Shown here one piece after another: positions 8,796 to 17,608 of a stretch of 64,000 nucleotides of DNA. Made by a program: the position numbers and the translations under genes. How positions within the stretch are numbered: the stretch's first letter is position 1; each line of letters starts with the position of its first letter. A model generated the notes under the pieces. The model made no database searches. It had not been told where the DNA came from and was given only the letters and a program-made list of their open reading frames with translations. Origin of the DNA: Bacillota bacterium (GTDB lineage: Bacteria > Bacillota > Bacilli > Paenibacillales > NBRC-103111); contig JAEWMH010000080.1 of NCBI GenBank assembly GCA_023393235.1, forward strand, positions 5,157-69,156, given 5' to 3'.

Positions 8796-9671
8796 TTGCC
8801 CGTGAGCACCGTATTAACCTGCGGGAATATAAACAAGAGGTACGGCCGGACGATTGCCTTGCGTAATTTGAGCCTGCAGCTGCAGGAGAATGTCATTTAT
8901 GGTTTGTTAGGCCGCAACGGAGCAGGGAAAACCACCCTGCTGAACATGATCGCAGGCGGAATCTTTCCGGATAGCGGAACCCTGGAGGTATGGGGGAAGA
9001 GGCTGAAGAAGGGCGAACTTCCGAGGAATTTCTGTTATGTGCGCGACCATACCAGCCCCTTCGGGGGAGCACGGGTAATGGAGGTGCTTCAGTTTGCATC
9101 CGGCTTCCATCCGAATTGGGCTTGGCCATTGGCCCATGAACTGCTGGAGACCTTCCGGATCGATCCCCGTAAGAAAATGAGCCAGCTTTCCAAAGGAACG
9201 GCATCGCTTGTTGGAAACATCATCGGTTTGGCCAGCCGGGCGCCGCTGACAGTTTTTGATGAGCCGGTGCTGGGACTGGATGTTTTGATGCGGGAAAAAT
9301 TCTATAGAGCACTTATGGAGGATTATGCCAACCACCCCCGCACCATCTTCCTGTCCACCCATCTGATTGATGAAATTGCGCCGGTGGTGGAGAAGGTATT
9401 TATTATTGAAGCCGGGTCCGTCCTTCTCCATGATGAGATGGACCGGATTCGGATGGGCGCGCTTATGCTCCGGGGAAAATCCGAGGCGGTGGCTACGTTT
9501 ACGGCCGGGAAGAGAGTTATCCATACAGAAGCATATGGCCGCGGTACCCTTGCCGCTATTTATGAACAGCTGACGGAAGAGGATTTCATGCGTGCGCGGG
9601 AGTTGGATATTTCCATTGAAGGCCTGACGCTGCAGAAGTTCTTCGCGTATCTGGTTGAGGGAGGGCAATAA
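8796..9671 (+). CDS. ABC transporter ATP-binding protein (YtrB-like)
   Basis: Walker A GRNGAGKTT, Walker B LTVFDEPVLGLD. TTG start 1 nt after the GntR stop. Confidence 0.85.
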   Translation: MPVSTVLTCGNINKRYGRTIALRNLSLQLQENVIYGLLGRNGAGKTTLLNMIAGGIFPDSGTLEVWGKRLKKGELPRNFCYVRDHTSPFGGARVMEVLQFASGFHPNWAWPLAHELLETFRIDPRKKMSQLSKGTASLVGNIIGLASRAPLTVFDEPVLGLDVLMREKFYRALMEDYANHPRTIFLSTHLIDEIAPVVEKVFIIEAGSVLLHDEMDRIRMGALMLRGKSEAVATFTAGKRVIHTEAYGRGTLAAIYEQLTEEDFMRARELDISIEGLTLQKFFAYLVEGGQ

Positions 9672-9672
9672 A

Positions 9673-10356
9673 TTGAAGGCATGGACGGTTCATCTTAAAC
9701 CGGCTTTTGTGCAAATGCGGATGTATGTCTGGGGTGTTATCCTGCTAATCCTGCTGGGAAGAGTGGCGGATCTGATCGTCACACTCAGTATAAAAAGCGG
9801 CTTCACCATGCGTCTTTCGGACGGCAATATGCTGCTGCTGATCCTGCTTCTTACCGCGGTTATCCTTCCCCTCACGTATTTCAACCGTATCATTTATTTG
9901 GGTGCAAGCCGGCAGCAGTATTTCAATGGGCTGCATTTTGTATTCGGTGTCTGGGCCGCGGGTATCGCTTTATTCAATTCCTTGTGGTACCAGCTCGAAG
10001 TCCATATATTCCGGGATTTCACGGGCATTGTGGACATGATCGAGGCCTTCCATTGGACAGACTTTGGGGTGGTGGGGTCATTCCTGTATCAAGCCGCTTT
10101 TTATGTCATGGTAATGGCCCTTCTTTCCATGCTGGCCTCCGGCTACTCCCACCCAGTGGGTTGGCTGCTGTGGGTCCTGCTGATTACCGCTATTCCGGTC
10201 GGAACCGCCATCCCTTCCTTCCGCGTCCATGTGGCAGCCTTCTTCAAAGCTCTGTTGTTCAATAGCTCGCTTCTAACAGGCGTGCTTTTTAACCTTGCCC
10301 TCTATGTGCTGTTCGCAGCCGGAGGCTGGTGGTTTACCCAGAGAAGAACGTATTAA
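9673..10356 (+). CDS. polytopic membrane protein (putative permease partner of the YtrB-like ATPase)
   Basis: ORF 9655..10356. Preferred TTG start at 9673 behind GAGGGAGGG. About 6 hydrophobic helices, no recognisable motif. Confidence 0.65.
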   Translation: MKAWTVHLKPAFVQMRMYVWGVILLILLGRVADLIVTLSIKSGFTMRLSDGNMLLLILLLTAVILPLTYFNRIIYLGASRQQYFNGLHFVFGVWAAGIALFNSLWYQLEVHIFRDFTGIVDMIEAFHWTDFGVVGSFLYQAAFYVMVMALLSMLASGYSHPVGWLLWVLLITAIPVGTAIPSFRVHVAAFFKALLFNSSLLTGVLFNLALYVLFAAGGWWFTQRRTY

Positions 10357-10466
10357 GGAGTTTTCCCTTCACCGGAAGCCGGAGCATAGATCGAACTGAG
10401 TCTGCGTTAAAAAGGCCAAAAAAAAGCTGTCCCTTCGCAAATGCGCTTGGGGACAGCTTTTGTATT

Positions 10467-13400
10467 CTAAATCAATTCCGACTTCTGCAAGAGACGCCGC
10501 ACAATGGATGCCACCTCAGCCCGGGTGACATAGGCCTTGGGGGCAAGCTCCGTACTGCTTCTCCCGGATACAATCCCCGCCTGGATGATGTCAGCAATGC
10601 CGCTCCTGGCCCAGCCGGAGATTTCATCCGCATCAGAATAGGGCTGGAGGATGGTTTCCGTATCCTCGACGGGAAGCTTCGCCTTCAGGTTGGTCATCAC
10701 CATCATCTTGGCCACTACAACCATCGCCTCTTCACGGGTGATCTTGTCTTTGGGGCGGAAGGTTCCGTCCTCAAAGCCGCTGATCAGCCGGTAAGCGTAC
10801 GCGGAGTTAATGGCGCTGCTGTAGCGGTCCGACGCTTTCACATCGGAGAACGGGGCTGGCTCGGTGTCCGGCCGGATGCCTATTCCGCGGACCATAAGGG
10901 ATGCGAATTCCCCACGGGTGATCTCCTGGTCAGGACCGAAGGTATCAACCCCCGGATCCTCATAGGCCATACGGAGGCCCAGGTCTTCCACCGCTTCCTT
11001 GGCCCAATGGCTCTCTACATCCGTGTAGGATACCGGATGCCTGACCACCACATAGGTGCTGTTGGTTAAACTGCTGATCCGGGCATAGGCTTTCCCGTTT
11101 TCCTTCATGATTTTGGTAGGCACGTGACGGAAAGTGCCGTCGGGCTCGATAACCAAACCGGTTAACGTTCCACTCAAATCCGCATCGTCAGGCAGGGTTA
11201 TGGTGCGCTCCACAAAAGCGTTGAACTTGGACACACTGGTGGTTTTATCTTTATAAGCGGCTCTGACAGTAAAGTCAACGGGAGGTGCAACCACGGTGAA
11301 ACCGCCCTTCTCCGCAGCGATCCGCACCAGCTTCATCATATCCGCTGTAGAGGGGGCAACCTCTACCTGGATCTGAATGTCCTGCAGGGTCACTGATTCT
11401 CCGAGCTGTTCGGCGATGGCCTCAAGATTGATGTGCTGTGTCGGCAGGGTGTAGGAGGCATAAGGGGTTTTGATTTCAAATACCGCGTGTTTGTCTGCCA
11501 TACTCCTCATCATTTGACCGTTCATTTCTCCCACAACCGCATCGGTGTGGCCATCCACCTGAACGCTCAGCACCGCATTCTGTCCATCAGCGGCAAGCTT
11601 CTCCTCCAGCTTCCGCTGGTCCAGGGTAAAGGTCGTAACCGTCCGGTTATGGACCGTGGCGGTTTTGGCCGTCCCCACACTTCCGGCCGTCCCCTTCACC
11701 ACAACGTTGGCCGCGGGAGTTTCCGGGGTAACCGCAGGACCTGTTGATTCCCCGGTATCCTCATCCCCGCTCCCCGTTTCCTCCGGTTCAACGGGTTGAA
11801 ACGGTGTGACGGTATTCGATTCGGAGGAAGCCGCACTTTTCCCCTTGCTGTTGATGGCTTTTACAGTAAAGACGTAGGCCGTCCCGTTCGCCAGACCCTG
11901 GACGATAATCGGGCTGGAGGCGCCGGTTTCAGTAATGGTACCTGTGGAATCCGTTACCTCGTAGCCGGTGATGGGGCTTCCGCCGTTATCCGCCGGAGCG
12001 GCAAAGCTGACCGCAGCCTGCCCGTCGCCTGCGGTTGCGGCAATATGAACCGGGGCATCAGGAACTGTCGCTGGAGTAGCCTGAACCTGATTGGATTCCG
12101 CGCTAACTCCTCCGTCATTCCCTGCTTTTACCACGAAATAATACGTCAGCCCATTGGTTAGTCCTGCGATGGTATAAGTTGTACCCGTCACCGTGGCAAG
12201 GGTGGGCCCATCGAATTGTCCCGTCATCTGGGACATATACAGCTGGTAATAGGTCGCTTCCGTTACGGTATTCCAATGAAGCGTCACCTCGCGGTTCCCT
12301 TCAACAGGCGCAAGCTGCTCCGGATTGGACGGCACATCTGGCAGATGGACAGCCTGGGTTACTGTAAAGGACACGTCCGCCATATTGTCCGCCTTCAACG
12401 TGACGATGGCAGTGTATGTGCCTGCCGGCAGGCCATCTTTTGCTTTCACCGTAAAGCTGGTTGCGGTTGCTCCGCTGGTTAACGTTCCTGCCGGTTGGGT
12501 GAACTCGAATTCACCGGCCTGAGGACCGCCGAGCACCACGGAAAGATTCGTCAAATCCGCCGTACCTGTATTAGAGAAGCTGACAGTTACGGTTTCCTGT
12601 GTTCCGGATGCATATCCTAGGATAAGAGGTGCCGCTGTCCGGTCGCCAGGTGCAGAAATGGTGTAGGTAGGTGCGATATCGACCTTTACCCCCGCTGCTA
12701 TGCTTGTTGCCGTTGCTGTTTTGGTTCCCGTGGCACTGCTGTTGGTGTTGGTGACGGTCACATAATAATAATTGGTTCCGGCTGTTTCTGTCGGCGCTGC
12801 AAAGCTGCTTCCCGTTGCGTTGGCAATGGGCTGCCCTCCGCTATTGCTGTCGGAGGTATTGGTGTACCATTGGTAGCTCAACGTTCCCGCATCGCCCGCC
12901 GTTGCCTGTACGGTCAATGTGGCGTTTTCCCCCACGTATACGGTTTTGTCCAGCGGATGGGAGGTAATATCCGGGGTGGCCGCGTCGGTTAGAGGACTAA
13001 CCGTCACTGCTGCCGCATCGCTGGTTATTGCTGCCGTTGAACCCGGGATTTTGACGACACAGTAATAATACACAGTGCCTGTTGATGCAGTCGGTGCGTG
13101 ATAGTAATAATTCTGGGCGTTCACAATTGGCGTTCCGCCGCTGTTCGAATCGACCGTATTGCTGTACCACTGGTAGCTGACGGACTCGCCTCCGCTTGCC
13201 GTAGCTCCGATGATCAGGACGGCGCTGTCGTTGGGCACAACGGAAATATCCTCCGGCTGAGTGTCGATTCCCAAGGTGACCTCTGCCCGTTGGTAAACAC
13301 CGGAGTTTCCTACTCCTACCCACTTTCCATTGGCATAGATCACGTTTTGGAGCACCAGATTTTCAGCCTCGGGTGTCCAGGTGATTCCGTCTGCGGAAAA

Positions 13401-14267
13401 AAGCGTCGCATAATCCCCTACCGCCGCATACCCGCCTCCGTCTGCGGAATACGCCACATCATACAGGGAGTAGGCGGTCGGCGAGGTAACCTCCAGCAGA
13501 GGAAATGCACTGCCGCTGTTAGGATCGGTGCGGAGAATCTTCCCCCCGCTCCCCACTGCGATGTAGTTCCCTGCCCCATCTGAGGCAACTCCTTGAAGGG
13601 TAGGCTCTCCTGCGGCTTTAACAACCGTACTCCAATTGATGCCGTCGGCGGAGGTCATCATAGTTCCCGCTGCGCCAACCGCCATAAACTGGCCATTGGC
13701 GTAATTCACATCAAACACCGAGGACGTTCCCGGGGTATTGTATGGCTGCCTGACCCAGGCTGCTCCATCGGCAGATTGGAAGTAGTACAGGGTGGTATTA
13801 TTCGTAGGAACAACAAATGTGTTATTTCCAAAAGCAATCGAGCTTCTGGAGAAGCTGGGATCCGCCGAATCCACGCCGGTCCAATCGGTGCCATTGGCAG
13901 AACGGAGTATCGTGGCTCCGGCCCCATAGTTGCCCATCGTAACCGCATAAAAACTTCCGTCTATGTATTCCAGGGCGTTGATGGGGCGGGTGGAGACTGC
14001 ACTGATGTCCAGAGCGGTCCAATTCACCAGGTTTCCGGATGTATAGAGCTTCCCGTCGGAGGAATTTACTGCTACATACATCCCCTGTCCATAAGCAATT
14101 TTGGAAAACTGAGTACCCGACATCTGCTTCCACAAGTAACCCGATACAGAATCCGCAGCAGCCGCTCCCGTTTGGGATGGAGCAACCATCATACCTCCCA
14201 GCACAAGCACACTGCTCAACATCAATATGATCGTTTTTTCTATTTGCCGCCAAACACTCTTCTTCAC
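10467..14267 (-). CDS. large cell-surface protein: signal peptide, repeated propeller-like blades, Ig-like repeats, two FN3 domains, three C-terminal SLH domains
   Basis: ORF to 14300. Preferred GTG start at 14267 behind GAGGGAG. Has SYQWY.NT.DSNSGG repeats, FN3-like LHWNTVTEATYYQLY, and three SLH motifs (F.D.., ..TR.E.A). Confidence 0.85.
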   Translation of the reverse strand: MKKSVWRQIEKTIILMLSSVLVLGGMMVAPSQTGAAAADSVSGYLWKQMSGTQFSKIAYGQGMYVAVNSSDGKLYTSGNLVNWTALDISAVSTRPINALEYIDGSFYAVTMGNYGAGATILRSANGTDWTGVDSADPSFSRSSIAFGNNTFVVPTNNTTLYYFQSADGAAWVRQPYNTPGTSSVFDVNYANGQFMAVGAAGTMMTSADGINWSTVVKAAGEPTLQGVASDGAGNYIAVGSGGKILRTDPNSGSAFPLLEVTSPTAYSLYDVAYSADGGGYAAVGDYATLFSADGITWTPEAENLVLQNVIYANGKWVGVGNSGVYQRAEVTLGIDTQPEDISVVPNDSAVLIIGATASGGESVSYQWYSNTVDSNSGGTPIVNAQNYYYHAPTASTGTVYYYCVVKIPGSTAAITSDAAAVTVSPLTDAATPDITSHPLDKTVYVGENATLTVQATAGDAGTLSYQWYTNTSDSNSGGQPIANATGSSFAAPTETAGTNYYYVTVTNTNSSATGTKTATATSIAAGVKVDIAPTYTISAPGDRTAAPLILGYASGTQETVTVSFSNTGTADLTNLSVVLGGPQAGEFEFTQPAGTLTSGATATSFTVKAKDGLPAGTYTAIVTLKADNMADVSFTVTQAVHLPDVPSNPEQLAPVEGNREVTLHWNTVTEATYYQLYMSQMTGQFDGPTLATVTGTTYTIAGLTNGLTYYFVVKAGNDGGVSAESNQVQATPATVPDAPVHIAATAGDGQAAVSFAAPADNGGSPITGYEVTDSTGTITETGASSPIIVQGLANGTAYVFTVKAINSKGKSAASSESNTVTPFQPVEPEETGSGDEDTGESTGPAVTPETPAANVVVKGTAGSVGTAKTATVHNRTVTTFTLDQRKLEEKLAADGQNAVLSVQVDGHTDAVVGEMNGQMMRSMADKHAVFEIKTPYASYTLPTQHINLEAIAEQLGESVTLQDIQIQVEVAPSTADMMKLVRIAAEKGGFTVVAPPVDFTVRAAYKDKTTSVSKFNAFVERTITLPDDADLSGTLTGLVIEPDGTFRHVPTKIMKENGKAYARISSLTNSTYVVVRHPVSYTDVESHWAKEAVEDLGLRMAYEDPGVDTFGPDQEITRGEFASLMVRGIGIRPDTEPAPFSDVKASDRYSSAINSAYAYRLISGFEDGTFRPKDKITREEAMVVVAKMMVMTNLKAKLPVEDTETILQPYSDADEISGWARSGIADIIQAGIVSGRSSTELAPKAYVTRAEVASIVRRLLQKSELI

Positions 14268-14434
14268 GATTCTCCCTCTTTTCCGGACAAACCAGGTCAC
14301 GGTATTGGATGTGGTTGTGGAATGAAATTGCCACCTCGACCACTAGAGAAAATTCGCCAATTTTCATCATTTTCCTCCGGGTTGAATTAGATTTGATCGG
14401 GAGTTATATTTCTTTAATGTTGATAGGCGTAAAC

Positions 14435-14459
14435 TAAAAAACGCCCGTTTTAGGGCGTT
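14435..14459 (-). terminator. intrinsic terminator of the lipoprotein gene
   Basis: Stem AACGCCC/GGGCGTT followed by T6 on the minus strand. The stem includes the stop codon. Confidence 0.8.
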
Positions 14460-14860
14460 CCCAGAATTGAAAGCAGTTTTCTGGTGTCTTCCTCTGTAAC
14501 CTTCCCGTACTTGGACTGTCCTTCAATAATCACTTCTAATATGTCTTTCTGGGGTGAAAGCCAAGCTGCACAAGTGAAGGTTTCATAACTGACCGTAGGA
14601 TCTGTGTTGGCCGTTACAATCTTATAATCAGGCTGTCGGGACATGGATACTTTTGCGTTTTCCCACGGCACATTGAATAAAATATCCAACATGATTTTTA
14701 CCGCTTCCTGATCTTCGACTTTCTTGTAAACCGTGTAGCCCTGTCCTTCAGGTTTGCTGATATGAAGATTTAGATTTCGCCCATATGATGCTTCTTTTTG
14801 ATTGCAAGCGACAATAGCCAATAGGAATAGCAGCTGCCCGGCAATAAACCACTTTCTCAT
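14450..14860 (-). CDS. hypothetical lipoprotein
   Basis: Signal peptide with lipobox LAIVAC. 136 aa. Confidence 0.7.
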   Translation of the reverse strand: MRKWFIAGQLLFLLAIVACNQKEASYGRNLNLHISKPEGQGYTVYKKVEDQEAVKIMLDILFNVPWENAKVSMSRQPDYKIVTANTDPTVSYETFTCAAWLSPQKDILEVIIEGQSKYGKVTEEDTRKLLSILGTP

Positions 14861-14937
14861 AAATCGCCTCCTGGTTCTTGCTAACTAAATAACGGAGCCA
14901 CGCCTGATAATGTTGCGGATGCTTAGTGGTAACGCGA

Positions 14938-15930
14938 TTAAAACAATGAAGCATCGTTTCCATTAGTCCCGTACTGATCCCGCAATGTGTCCAGCATCTG
15001 CCTGATTGCTTCAACCAGCTCAGGAGGCTGCAGCACACGTGCTTCCATCCCCAATCCGATATAATAATGGGCATTGTAGCTAATGTCGGACTTGGGTATC
15101 CGGCTTTCAATCCAACCGGTCCCGTCCTCCCGCTTATGGATTTGGGGCTGGGGCCACATCTCCGTCTCGAATCTCCGGCATCCCTCCCGGGTAAGCTCCA
15201 CATGGATGCGGACTAACTCCGTATCTTTGTCATGCATGTTATCCCAATTCCCCAAATGAACCTGTTCCGCCTCAGGCAATGCCTCCATCTCCGGTTGTCC
15301 GGCTTTTGGCTCCAGGATTTCCGCTGTTTTCATCCGGTCACAGCGGAACAGCCGGTAATCCCGCCGGGTAAGGCAATAGGCCGGGCAATACCACAAGCCA
15401 TTGCTGGCATAGATGCCAACAGGAAGAATATCCCGTTCCTCCACTCCCGCTTTGCCGTCATATCCGATACGGACAGTCTGCCGCTGGACCGCCGCCTGCA
15501 GCAGCACATTCAAAAAAGGCGATGCCTGGCTTCTATACGGCACCTGAAAATCCACCCTGTCCCGCATTTCATCAATTCTGCTGCGGACATCCTGGGGCAT
15601 ATGCAGATAAAATTTTTGAAGAGCGGAGGAGGTTTCCGTTTCGAAGGGGAGGTCGCGGTAATGCCGGAGGGCATGGCTGGCGAAAAAAATTGCCACCGCT
15701 TCCTCTTCGCTGAACGCGATGGGAGGAAGCATCCGTTCATTCAGCAGGCGATACCCCCCGTGAGGGCCGACCTCCGAATAAAGCGGCACCCCCAATTCAC
15801 CCAACTCCTGCAAATCCCGCAGCATGGTCCGGGAGGAAACGCCGAATTCCTCCGCCAGCTCCTTCACCGTGAAGGAACGTTTGCGGTGGACCACAAGCAT
15901 CAGCTCCATAAGCCGTTTTGACTTGGACAT
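14938..15930 (-). CDS. YafY-family transcriptional regulator (HTH + WYL domain)
   Basis: HTH FTVKELAEEFGVSSRTMLRDLQEL; WYL core GLWYCPAYCLTRRDYRLFRCDRM. Preferred start MSKSKRL at 15930. Confidence 0.88.
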   Translation of the reverse strand: MSKSKRLMELMLVVHRKRSFTVKELAEEFGVSSRTMLRDLQELGELGVPLYSEVGPHGGYRLLNERMLPPIAFSEEEAVAIFFASHALRHYRDLPFETETSSALQKFYLHMPQDVRSRIDEMRDRVDFQVPYRSQASPFLNVLLQAAVQRQTVRIGYDGKAGVEERDILPVGIYASNGLWYCPAYCLTRRDYRLFRCDRMKTAEILEPKAGQPEMEALPEAEQVHLGNWDNMHDKDTELVRIHVELTREGCRRFETEMWPQPQIHKREDGTGWIESRIPKSDISYNAHYYIGLGMEARVLQPPELVEAIRQMLDTLRDQYGTNGNDASLF

Positions 15931-15959
15931 GATAAGCTCCTTATCTTTTTCTGTAATCA

Positions 15960-15974
15960 TGACAATACTTGTCA
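15960..15974. promoter_or_regulatory. perfect palindrome TGACAA-TAC-TTGTCA in the WYL/DinB divergent region
   Basis: Seen directly. Lies 30 nt upstream of the WYL regulator start. Confidence 0.35.
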
Positions 15975-16036
15975 CTATTATAGGGTATAGTCTCTAATAG
16001 GACCAGCACCTCAGGTGCCGGAAAAATTCAACGGAA

Positions 16037-16534
16037 ATGGAAGTGTACCCAATGACAGCCGTTCAAGAGCTACAGCAGATGTTGTTTGAGGAATTGGAAT
16101 TGATCGTGAGGACCACCACGAATCTATTGGCTAAGGTGAAGCCGGAAGGTATAGAGTTCCGCCCGCAGCCCAACATGCGCACCCTGCGGGAGCTGGCTGA
16201 ACACCTGGCCGCGATTCCTGCTGTGGATCTGCAGATTGTGCAGGAGCATACGGCTGAGGAGGTGCGCGCCGTGGAAAAACGCTTCGAAGCGATGGAATTC
16301 GCCAAGCTGGGCGCCGCCATGGCAGAAGGACTGGAGCCGCTGCGGCAGTACATGACCACATTGCCGGAGGAGGACTTCCTCCACAAAAAAACCAAACCCT
16401 TCTATCTGGAGCACGGCACAGCCCAAGCTAAGTGGCTCATCGAAATCGTCACCCACACCCAGCATCACCGCGGCCAGCTGTTCACCTACCTGAAGATGCA
16501 GGGTTACGACGTGAGCATGTCTGATTTGTATTGA
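16037..16534 (+). CDS. DinB-family (DinB_2/YfiT-like) metal-dependent protein
   Basis: C-terminal HTQHHRGQLFTYL motif, four-helix-bundle size (165 aa). Start could be ATG 16052. Confidence 0.8.
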   Translation: MEVYPMTAVQELQQMLFEELELIVRTTTNLLAKVKPEGIEFRPQPNMRTLRELAEHLAAIPAVDLQIVQEHTAEEVRAVEKRFEAMEFAKLGAAMAEGLEPLRQYMTTLPEEDFLHKKTKPFYLEHGTAQAKWLIEIVTHTQHHRGQLFTYLKMQGYDVSMSDLY

Positions 16535-16652
16535 GCTGACCAGTATTGCGTTGACCAGTAGGGATTGGCGGTTGAGGCTGAGCGGATGGGAGTGCTCCTT
16601 GTCATGGGGGCGGTTGGGGCTGAGCGTAAGCAGCGGCCTTGGCATTGCGGCG

Positions 16653-16884
16653 GAAATCTAACGGATACCAGCGACCTTATTGTAGCGCCAGAAACCTAAC
16701 GGACACTAGCGACCTTATTCGGAGGAAAAACGGGGTGTGGGAATTCTAACGGACAAGAGCGCCGCTATTTCGCCCGAGCAGCCTCAAACTGAGTCCCTTT
16801 GCCCGAAATAGCGGCTGTGGCTTCCATTAGAATCCAAGACCCCCTCTTTTGAGCCAAATAGCGGCTCTGACCGCCGTTAGATTT
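16653..16884. repeat. nested-palindrome intergenic repeat, copy A (3 forward + 2 reverse about 30-nt units)
   Basis: Units of form TC-TAACGGA-N8-10-GCCGCTATTTCG and their reverse complements CGAAATAGCGGC-N-TCCGTTAGA. Confidence 0.85.
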
Positions 16885-17029
16885 GCGGGAGGGGTAAGCA
16901 CAAACTAAAATAGACCGTCCCCTTCAGTCAAGGGCGGTCTAATTTCAATTGAAGTCGTATAGGAGCGCAGGACACTAGGAGCCCCCTTCCCATCAGCCGG
17001 AAACGGCTGATCTGGTCATTCCCAGGGTA

Positions 17030-17233
17030 CTAAGCATCTTTTTTCCCTTTTTTCGTTTTAAAGCTGTATTGCAACACAAGAATGTAGAGAAGCCATATGC
17101 AAACACCTACTACATCAAAAACTATACTCTCATTGTTATTCATGGATCTGACTAATCTTCTTATGTTGAGGGCCAATCCTCCAACACCACAAAGGAGTAT
17201 AAATAGTCTTGGGAAGTTCTTCAATAAGAACAC
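17030..17233 (-). CDS. small two-TM membrane protein with a Lys-rich C-terminus (hypothetical)
   Basis: GTG start 7 nt after GGAGG. 67 aa with two hydrophobic helices, ends KTKKGKKDA. Sits in a strongly AT-rich 300-bp insert. Confidence 0.55.
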   Translation of the reverse strand: MFLLKNFPRLFILLCGVGGLALNIRRLVRSMNNNESIVFDVVGVCIWLLYILVLQYSFKTKKGKKDA

Positions 17234-17308
17234 CTCTCCACCTCCAATACAACTATTATATCGGTTAAATCAAAAAGAGGGTGCATATTCTTATTTTGTT
17301 GGTGACTG

Positions 17309-17503
17309 CAGAAACCTAACGGACTACAGCGACCTTATTCGGCTGAAAAACGGGGTGTGGGAATTCTAACGGACCACAGCGCCGCTATTTCGCCCGAACA
17401 GCCTCAAACTAAGCCCAGTTTCCCGAAATAGCGGCTGTGGTGTCCGTTAGAATCCGAGACGCCTCCTTTTGAGCCAAATAGAGGCTCTGAGGTCCGTTAG
17501 AAC
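17309..17503. repeat. nested-palindrome intergenic repeat, copy B (2 forward + 2 reverse units)
   Basis: ttctaacggaccacagcgccgctatttcg ... cgaaatagcggctgtggtgtccgttagaa; the outer pair is likewise complementary. Confidence 0.9.
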
Positions 17504-17608
17504 GGCGGAGATAAGCCAATCCCAAAAATAGACCGTCCCTATGTTAAGGGGCGGTCTATTGGGGTTGAAATCGTATAGGAGTGCACCACGCTAGGAGACC
17601 ACCTCTCC

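Noticed and set aside
10329-14390. Several 150-265-aa plus-strand ORFs (10329..11069, 13098..13583, 13593..14390).
   Set aside because: All are antisense to the SLH surface-protein gene, have no RBS, and have Gly/Arg/His-rich composition.
14268-14434. Riboswitch or leader upstream of the SLH protein gene, and more generally T-box, riboswitch or leader elements in the other long 5' regions (8189-8407, 25391-25581, 45999-46198).
   Set aside because: No conserved riboswitch cores or specifier/T-box motifs could be recognised by inspection. This needs cmscan to exclude.
16653-17503. Possible CRISPR array, because of regularly recurring units of about 30 nt.
   Set aside because: - The units occur in both orientations, forming palindromes.
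- The spacing is irregular.
- There are only 4-5 units per locus.
- The loci are scattered, and there are no cas genes.
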